The notes under the pieces are model-generated. The model saw only the letters and a program-made list of their open reading frames with translations, was not told the origin of the DNA and ran no database searches. 64,000 bases of DNA from the human T2T-CHM13v2.0 reference genome, Homo sapiens: assembly GCF_009914755.1 (NCBI RefSeq), contig NC_060928.1, one strand, 5' to 3'. Below, piece after piece: positions 56,012 to 64,000 of this stretch. How positions within the stretch are numbered: position 1 is the first letter of the stretch; every line of letters begins with the position of its first letter. A program made the translations under genes and the position numbers.

Positions 56012-56571
56012 TGAGATGGTTTAATTTTAGGTGTCAACTTCGCTGGATTGAGAGGCCTCAATGGCTGGTGAAGCATTGGTTTGGGTGTGTCTGTGAGGGC
56101 GTTTCCAGGGGAGATTGGTGCGGGAGTCAGTGGACAGAGACAGGAAGGACCTGCCCTCAATATGGGTGGGCACCATCCAGTCAGCTGGGGCCCTGCTGGG
56201 ACAAACAGGCAAAAGAGAGGGCTTGTCTCTCTCTGCTCTCTCTCTCCCCTTCCACAGCAGGATGTCTTCTCCTCCTGTTGTTGGACATCAGGCTACAGGT
56301 TCTTTGTCTTTTGGACTCTGGAACTTGCATCAGTGGGCTTCCTGGGGCTTTCATGCCTTCGGCCTTGGACTGGGGACTGCAAGGTCAGCTTCTCCAGTTC
56401 TAAGGCTTCCAGACTTTGATTGAGCTATGCTACAGGATTCATAGGCCCTCCAGCTTACAGAAAGCCTATTGTGGGACCTCTCTCCCTCTGTGATCATGTA
56501 AGCCAATTCCCCCTAATAAATCCCCTCTCATACATCCTACTGGTCCTCTCTCTCTGGAGAGGCCTAATACA
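56012..56571 (+). mobile_element. MLT2 (ERVL) solo LTR
   Basis: tgagatggtttaattttaggtgtcaactt...gggtgggcaccatcca...ccctaataaatcccc...ctggagaggcctaataca. Confidence 0.85.
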
Positions 56572-57540
56572 GCACCTTAGGTAATCCTAATTTCAATAAT
56601 TTCATAGTTCTGCCTTCCCTCTGTTATGGCAACATTTGATAAAAGAATCTTAAGCAATATAAGTCTTTATCTGTCCTCGTTTTTCTGTAGCTCCTAAGTA
56701 TTTAATCACGTGGGACTTTTTCTTTTAAATCCCAGTTGATTTTCCTTTTAATTCTGGGTTTCACTGTTAACAAAAATTAGGCATCTTCTTGTAAATTGTT
56801 GCATAAACAAGCATATCTAGGCTCTATTTATAATCTTGTCTCAATTCTGAGCTTTAAGTGGTGCAATCACCATTGATTCTCTGGGAAACAATTTCATTAC
56901 AGCTATACCTACTTAAAATGGTATTTAGATATTGATAATGGGTTGTTATTTGGATTGAGAATCAACTTAAATTCGTTGATAAAACAAGAGAAACTGATGG
57001 ATCTAGGGTTCACCTACTTCTGATAGTATATTCTTCAGAAAGCCACTTCAACTTCCTAAATCAAATTATTTATAAACTAAAGGCAAAGGCATGGTTTAAT
57101 AACAAAAATACTTTATGTGTTCTTGTTAAGGGAGATGCACAACTGAAATTAATGACTTAAGAACCCATAAGAAAAACGGTCTGTATCTATGAGCAACTAG
57201 CAAACATCACTACTGTCAAATATCTTTATAGCCCGTTGAGTTTACATACAGGACTTCTTCAGCTTGCAAGCTGTGTACCCTAAGTTAATTATAAGTCATC
57301 TGTTTGGAATTAAGAATGTATCTTCTAGTGGGAAGAATATTATAAATGGCAATTACCTTCCTAAGCAAGAACACAAGAGACTACTTAACGTGTAACACAG
57401 TGAAAGACTACTAAGGCAATGCCTGGTACAATATCAGTAATTATATTAAATACTCCTGAATGAGAATTTTTAAAATTCATTTTGGATGGCAGTGCTTGAG
57501 AGATTATTTACTGAAAGATAAATAACTAGATGGAGAATCT

Positions 57541-57740
57541 AAGATAGTCTGCAGAATCTAAAACATACTGAAGAAACTGCTTTTTATTAACAATAGGTTT
57601 TCTTCAAACTATATCTCAGCATAGAGATAAAATCAGCATTAAGATAGTCTGCAGTATCTAAAACATACTGAAGAAACTGCTTTTTATTAACAATAGGTTT
57701 TCTTCAAACTATATCTCAGCATAGAGATAAAATCAGCATT
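57541..57740 (+). repeat. 100-bp tandem duplication, 1 mismatch
   Basis: 57541-57640 and 57641-57740 differ only at 57555 (a) versus 57655 (t). Confidence 0.95.
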
Positions 57741-59020
57741 AATATTTTTATTACCTAAAAGCTGTGACTACAACAGTGTGGAACACAGAGGGAGGGGATA
57801 AGAAAAGGACCTGACAGTATTATTTCACATTCCTCCCATTGAGGGAAAAAAATAGATTGCAGGGAAAAATATTCTAAAAGTTCTCATACTTTCACATCAG
57901 AATCACTGGGAGGGATGGTTGAAATAAAAATCATTCAGCATCAGCCCGAGTTTCTGATAGGGTAGATCTTAGCCCCTACACTTTTGCTTTCTACTTGAGG
58001 ACTCATGTTCCTAGGCATGGGTGCAAAACTGACTCCAGCACAGACAGAAGCACAAAGAAAGTGAGTCACTGCTATAAATCATGCTCACCTGCTGCTGCCC
58101 CTCAACTCCCTAATGACCTGTGTCTGGAGGTGCAGCCTGTTTACGGTCATGCTCCATATCCCCTGCCTGTGTCTGGATAGCTGAGTCCTAACAACTTCCA
58201 AGACTCTTAGCAGCTAAACTCTAGCTACTGCTTCATCTCTTTGTAAATGTATTTCAATTCCATATCCAGACTCTTGGTCGGTGTTCGTAATTCCATTAGA
58301 CTGCAAACTCCTCGAGAGCTTCCTGATTTACCTGTGTGTCTCCAGACCCTTGCTCACAGTTGGGCTCACACGATGAACTTCATGAATTTTTGTTGAACTG
58401 AACTGACACCGATCACCACCTTATCATTTTGATTACGCTGCTACACCTGGTTGATAGTCCTTTTACTGAACTCTAAACCTGGCTTGGTCCCATGCAATCT
58501 GATGCCTAATGTCTACCCTCCTATAATGCTTAACTTCCTTACCTAGAACTCCAATCTCCACTACCACCTACCCCAGACCAGCCAGCTTTTCTAACTTGTT
58601 CCATTAAAAGTCTTCACTAGAAAATAATAAAGTGCAGAATGGGCAGAAGAGAAGAAAACTGATTAGTAGCAAGATCTCCTCCAGATGGCCCTGAGTTTCT
58701 AATGAGCGCAGACAGACTGATAAACACAGGAGACCACCACTCACCCCCAGCAAAAACTATGGTAGGAAATTCCCTACTGATTCAAATTGTAACTAATTTT
58801 AAAAGACAAAGAGAAAATCCTTTAACTCCTACCTTTCTTAATCTTACAGAATTCTGACCCTTAAGGCTGCCTGAGAGAGAAAAATAGGAGGAAAGCTACA
58901 GACGATAGGTTTTTAGATGAAAGATATTTTACTTGCAAAAGCAATAAAAAAAAATCTTTTGCAAAAAAGAGCATGACCAATTTTTACAATTGGATTTTAC
59001 AATAAAAAGGAATAGGTTTT

Positions 59021-59279
59021 GCAAATACTGCACGTTCTCACTTCTAAGCGGGAGGTAAATGATGAGAACACATGGATACATAGAGGGAACAACACACACT
59101 GGGGCCTTTTGGAGGGAGGAGGGTGGAAGGAGGGAGAGGATCAAGAAAAACAACTAATGAGTACTAGGCTTAATACCTGGGTGATGAAATAATCTGTGTA
59201 ACAAACCCCCATGGCACAAGTTTACCTACGCAACAAACCTGCACTTGTACCCCTGAACTAAAAAGTTAAAAAAAAAAAT
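59021..59279 (+). mobile_element. 5'-truncated L1PA 3' end with TSD-like aaag(g/a)aataggtttt
   Basis: tactgcacgttctcactt...gggaacaacacacactgggg...taatacctgggtgatgaaat...aacctgcacttgtacccc, poly-A. Confidence 0.88.
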
Positions 59280-60047
59280 AAAGAAATAGGTTTTAAACGA
59301 CTAAATAAGACAGACGATGTCAAAAGTATTAAGATGGAAAGTCAATGTCAACATTTAAGTCATGGCATAATTAAACTAAAAGCAGCCATACCCAGTGTTA
59401 TGATGCAAATACTACAGAAAACCAGTAAGACATAAAAAAAATACCCACACACACTGGAGGCGGAAAAAAAAAGAAAACTTAAAGAAGTATATAAGAACCC
59501 CAAAAAACAAGACACAGAGCCCACCAAAAGGATGACTATAAGGAAAATAAAACCATGGATCTGGTCTCTCTCCCTGATCTTTTGTCCCTGGTCTCCCTAC
59601 ATTTATGTGGTTTCTCCTTATTGCTATCAGGAATACTCTGAAATACAAATCTGATCACGTCAATTCCATAATAAAAAAGTTCTGGTAGCCCCGCACTGTC
59701 AAAAGAACAGATTAAACATTTTTAATATAGCAGGTCTTCAAAATCCCAGTCCCTGACCGGCCTGATCTCCCAATATTCTTTTCCCTCTTTCTACTTTCTG
59801 CTCTGATCAAAGAACTAAACTACTGTCCCAAGAGATACATTCTTGCACACCTGCGCCCACCCTGTTTGGAAGGCCTTTTTAATACATATTCATTCCTTGG
59901 GAGAAAGTTCAAATCTAAACACGTCAGTGGCTCTCATGGCAGGCTGTTCCCATTGCAGGTGCTCTCTCCTTTCCCTAGCAGGTTCTGTTTATGATCTAAC
60001 CTGTTACAGCGCCTGTGTGTGCGTTCAGACGTATTTTCACTAACGAC

Positions 60048-60593
60048 TGAAGGGTAGCAGAACATGCCACCCAAAACATGTCATGTTGGCATAAGGATTA
60101 TTTCCAGCTACAGGCAATTGAAAAGCAGATAGATACAAGAAAAGTTCTCTGCTCTACCCTATCTGACTAAAAGCAGGACATAAATTTACAAAGGTGTCCC
60201 TCCTCCCCTCTCCACCAGAAAGGACAAAAGTTCCTCCCAGGAGAGGGCTTTGGACCCTTATCAGCCTAGACAAGGCACCAAAGGAATCTACATAACAAAC
60301 ATTACTAACTGGACTTTATCTACCATTAGTCTCCAATATATTTGCCTTCCCACAATTTGCTTTCCCTTAAGAGACTCAAGGTCCTTTTCCTTTGTCTTGT
60401 CACTTCTCTAAAAATGTATTGCTCCTTGTTGAAATGCTACATAAGCCAGAGTTCTAAGCCACCTCTTTTGAGAATTACTCTTTTCCTGAGTTTTCTCAAT
60501 AAACTTGTTTTTCTCCTGTTAATCTGTCTTTTGTTAGAGGTCCAAGCTGAGAAATTAGAAGGGTAGAGAGAAAATTATTTTTCTTCCCCTACA
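60048..60593 (+). mobile_element. ERV1 solo LTR (MER34/MER39-like)
   Basis: tgaagggtagcagaacatgccacccaaa...ggcataaggattattt...caataaacttg...ttcttcccctaca. Confidence 0.75.
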
Positions 60594-60955
60594 TTATCTA
60601 TCCTCCCCACCCCAAGGGTCTGCAAGATCTTCCGAAGAAGTCAGGGCATGGTAAGTGGCAAGTGCTCAGTAAACGCTTTCAGAAAGCATAAAGGATGGAG
60701 AGACAGTCCTCATGGCTTTTGTGTAGAGCCGCTTCTCAAATGTGGGCCTGCTCAGACAGCAACTGTGAAAGGAGCTTCGTATAGGAGATAGGGGAGTTGT
60801 TTAGCTTCAGAAGCAATAAAAACTGGTCCTTAGGTTTTAAAATTGTAATATATAGATACACATGAAAATAGCAAGACTTTAAATCATTACTTAAAAGGTA
60901 CCTCTGTTTATATGGCATTTACAACAGACACAGTTTGAATGGATTCATAATTTGA

Positions 60956-61394
<439 letters not shown>

Positions 61395-61531
61395 TCTTTC
61401 TGTATCAGGGACCTGGCCAGGTAAAGCTCAAAAAATTATTAAATGTCCATTTTTCATCATGTTAAAGTAAGTTGACAGCTATTTATATAAGCAACAATTC
61501 AAACTCGTAAGCAAGCAATTCAAACACTTAC

Positions 61532-61603
61532 AATCTTTTTAGAGATGACAGTCCCCAGAAGGCACCTGGATCTATACTACTAATAAGATTGTTTCGGAGG
61601 TCC
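61532..61603 (-). CDS. ADGRA3: ADGRA3 exon ~3, 72 nt, LRR: DLRNNLISSIDPGAFWGLSSLKRL
   Basis: Acceptor ttttaacag, donor gtaagt; phase 2-2; LxLxxNxI LRR pattern. Confidence 0.95.
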
Positions 61604-62085
61604 CTGTTAAAAATAAAATAAAAGTTATTCACATATCAACACTGCAACAAGTATTCAGGCACAATACACTTACCTGCTATACAAAAAAAACAAAAGTATA
61701 ATAATAAGAGGAGGAAACTGAAGCCAAAAGGGTTAAGCCAAGATCAACCCAGTAGTAAAAGGGAGAGTCAGAATGCAAATTTGACAAATCTGGCTCCAAA
61801 GCCTTTTGGTTTGGTCAATAAAATAATAAAAATATACGTCATAAAAGAAATATGTGACCTAATATTATTCAACTTCACAATTATCACTGAACTACAATCA
61901 TATACATTATTTCTATAATTTCTTCTTTAGTATGCCATACTTTGAATATCAAAGTAAATCTAATTACAATTGTGACAAACATCATTCAGTTGAATTTTAA
62001 AAAACCATCTTCAAAAATATACACTCTAAAATTCATGTCTTTTGGTTGTTCATATATTTTCCCTTCCCTGGCCTTCTATATTTAG

Positions 62086-62409
<324 letters not shown>

Positions 62410-64000
62410 TACGGTTAGGTTTTCTATGAGGTGAGGATATAAAATAAATGTGTGATAAAACACAATATATAGCTCAAAGCAAAGATGCACAAGCTTCCTA
62501 CCATGTGGTATTTGATAGCAATCACCATTTATCCTATTCTTCTCAAGTATGCTGGCACGTCCATGCAAGAGCACTACCACTTGGGGGTGGGAGGCAGCAG
62601 TGAATGTCTCAGCCACATCCCTCTACTCCTGTGGTTTTGCAGACACACTATGGCTACAGCTCCCCTCCTGGTGGCTGGGCTCAGCTGGGGACTCGCCAGT
62701 TGCCTATACAAGTGTTTGGCTAGACCTCTGTGGAGAGCTGACAGTCTAAATACAGTCCCCTTCCCTAGACCACACTCTTGCCAGTGGCAGGCCCACACTT
62801 CCGCTTTATGGGACACCCTCAGCTGGGTCTGTTTGTCAAGACTCACCTACAACCTTGTCTACTGAAGCCAGAGTGGCCTCTGCTCATCTCCCAGGGAAGC
62901 TGAAGCCATATGGAGAACTGAAACGCTTTTCAGTTTTTCTTCTGACATCCTTACATAACAGTGGCAACCTTGCCCATTCTTTATACAGCCACGTGTAAGC
63001 TTCCAACACTATTCTTCATTTAAGGATGCACATGACATTGGTGAAACCAAACAGACATGTAGAGAAATGCTCAGTACAAGCCAAAGTAACCAGTACCTCC
63101 AGGGTTCCTTAGTCCCTTACTTACTTGAAATGTACAAGACCTTCCTGGAAGTAGACCCTGGACCACTGGCGCCACCTGTCAGCACAACACTGTGCTAGGC
63201 TCTTTAATAACAATTGCTCCGTCATGGCCATGCTCACCCGTGCCCAGGCAGTCTAAATTATTTAGAGGGAAATCCTCAGTTTGCCTTCTCCATCCTCTCC
63301 AAATCAGAAAGCAGCGGGCATCCCTTCTCTACCTATGCTCCAAGGAAGTCTGGCTGCAATGAGCACAGATTCACGTGTTTTCTTCCATCCAATCACAGGC
63401 ACATTCAACGTTACTGTCCCACCAGCTAATGAAAGTGAACTGCTATACATGGCATGCCTCATAACATGTGAGTTTTCTCTCAGGCTCATTCTAGCAATAT
63501 AGAAAAAGTTACAACATCAAAGTTGGTTACTAGTTGGATTCCCCAGAAATTTCACAAAAGCATCCTGAGGAGGTTGGCCCTTTGCTCAGCAGCAGTGGTT
63601 GTCATTCATTTACCGTAAGCCCAGCATTTTTGATGTGTCAGTGGCACTGTGGCTTCCAAGCTATGTGTGCTGTTTAACACCTGGTGATAGAGACTGGACT
63701 AGAAATTCTCAAGAACGTTGCTCTGGAAATGCAACCTGTGAATCCTGGGATCACTGTGACCTCCAGCAAATTCTATGGTCTTTCTTGCATCTAATCCTCA
63801 TTTTAACACACAGGCACTCCTCAGTAGCTAAGGTTGGGACTGCAATTCTACCACCTCCCCACAATCAGAGCCAGGTTTTTCTAAATAAAACCAAACTCCC
63901 TGCAACCACCACCCCCAATACTTCACAATATTTTAAAAAACAAAATGATTATTAAACACCAGTATAAAATCTATGCTCTGATTACCATCACTGGATAGGT

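Noticed and set aside
55990-56423. Several overlapping 100-137 aa ORFs
   Set aside because: They lie within the MLT2 LTR.
62485-62865. GC-richer block with a 126-aa ORF
   Set aside because: No splice structure or domain. It may be an old LTR remnant but I could not assign it.

Overview
This is human-like (primate; Alu, L1PA and THE1 elements present) AT-rich genomic DNA lying entirely inside the adhesion GPCR gene ADGRA3 (GPR125), transcribed on the minus strand. Fourteen internal coding exons can be read directly. By comparison with the protein as I recall it, they are exons 3-16; the numbering is inferred. All have GT/AG boundaries and compatible phases. They encode three 24-aa LRRs, the LRR C-terminal cap, the Ig domain, the hormone-receptor (HRM) domain, the GAIN domain with its GPS, and TM1 to the start of TM3. 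The introns hold Alus, L1/L2/MIR fragments, DNA-transposon MITEs, a THE1 MaLR provirus and MLT2 and MER34-like solo LTRs. The short ORFs in the supplied track are repeat-derived or exon read-throughs. I see no novel multi-gene system. The most interesting signals are: (i) a templated insertion with snap-back inverted repeats inside THE1-int, copied from 2.83 kb away; (ii) an intron-12 read-through plus an L2-derived poly(A) site that would give a secreted ectodomain (probably already known); (iii) a polyY-TAG-CAG-GTAAGT site 70 nt upstream of exon 3 (3-nt microexon or recursive splice site); (iv) a 46-nt cryptic exon in intron 3. Repeat subfamily names come from recognising consensus sequences by eye, and repeat boundaries are approximate.
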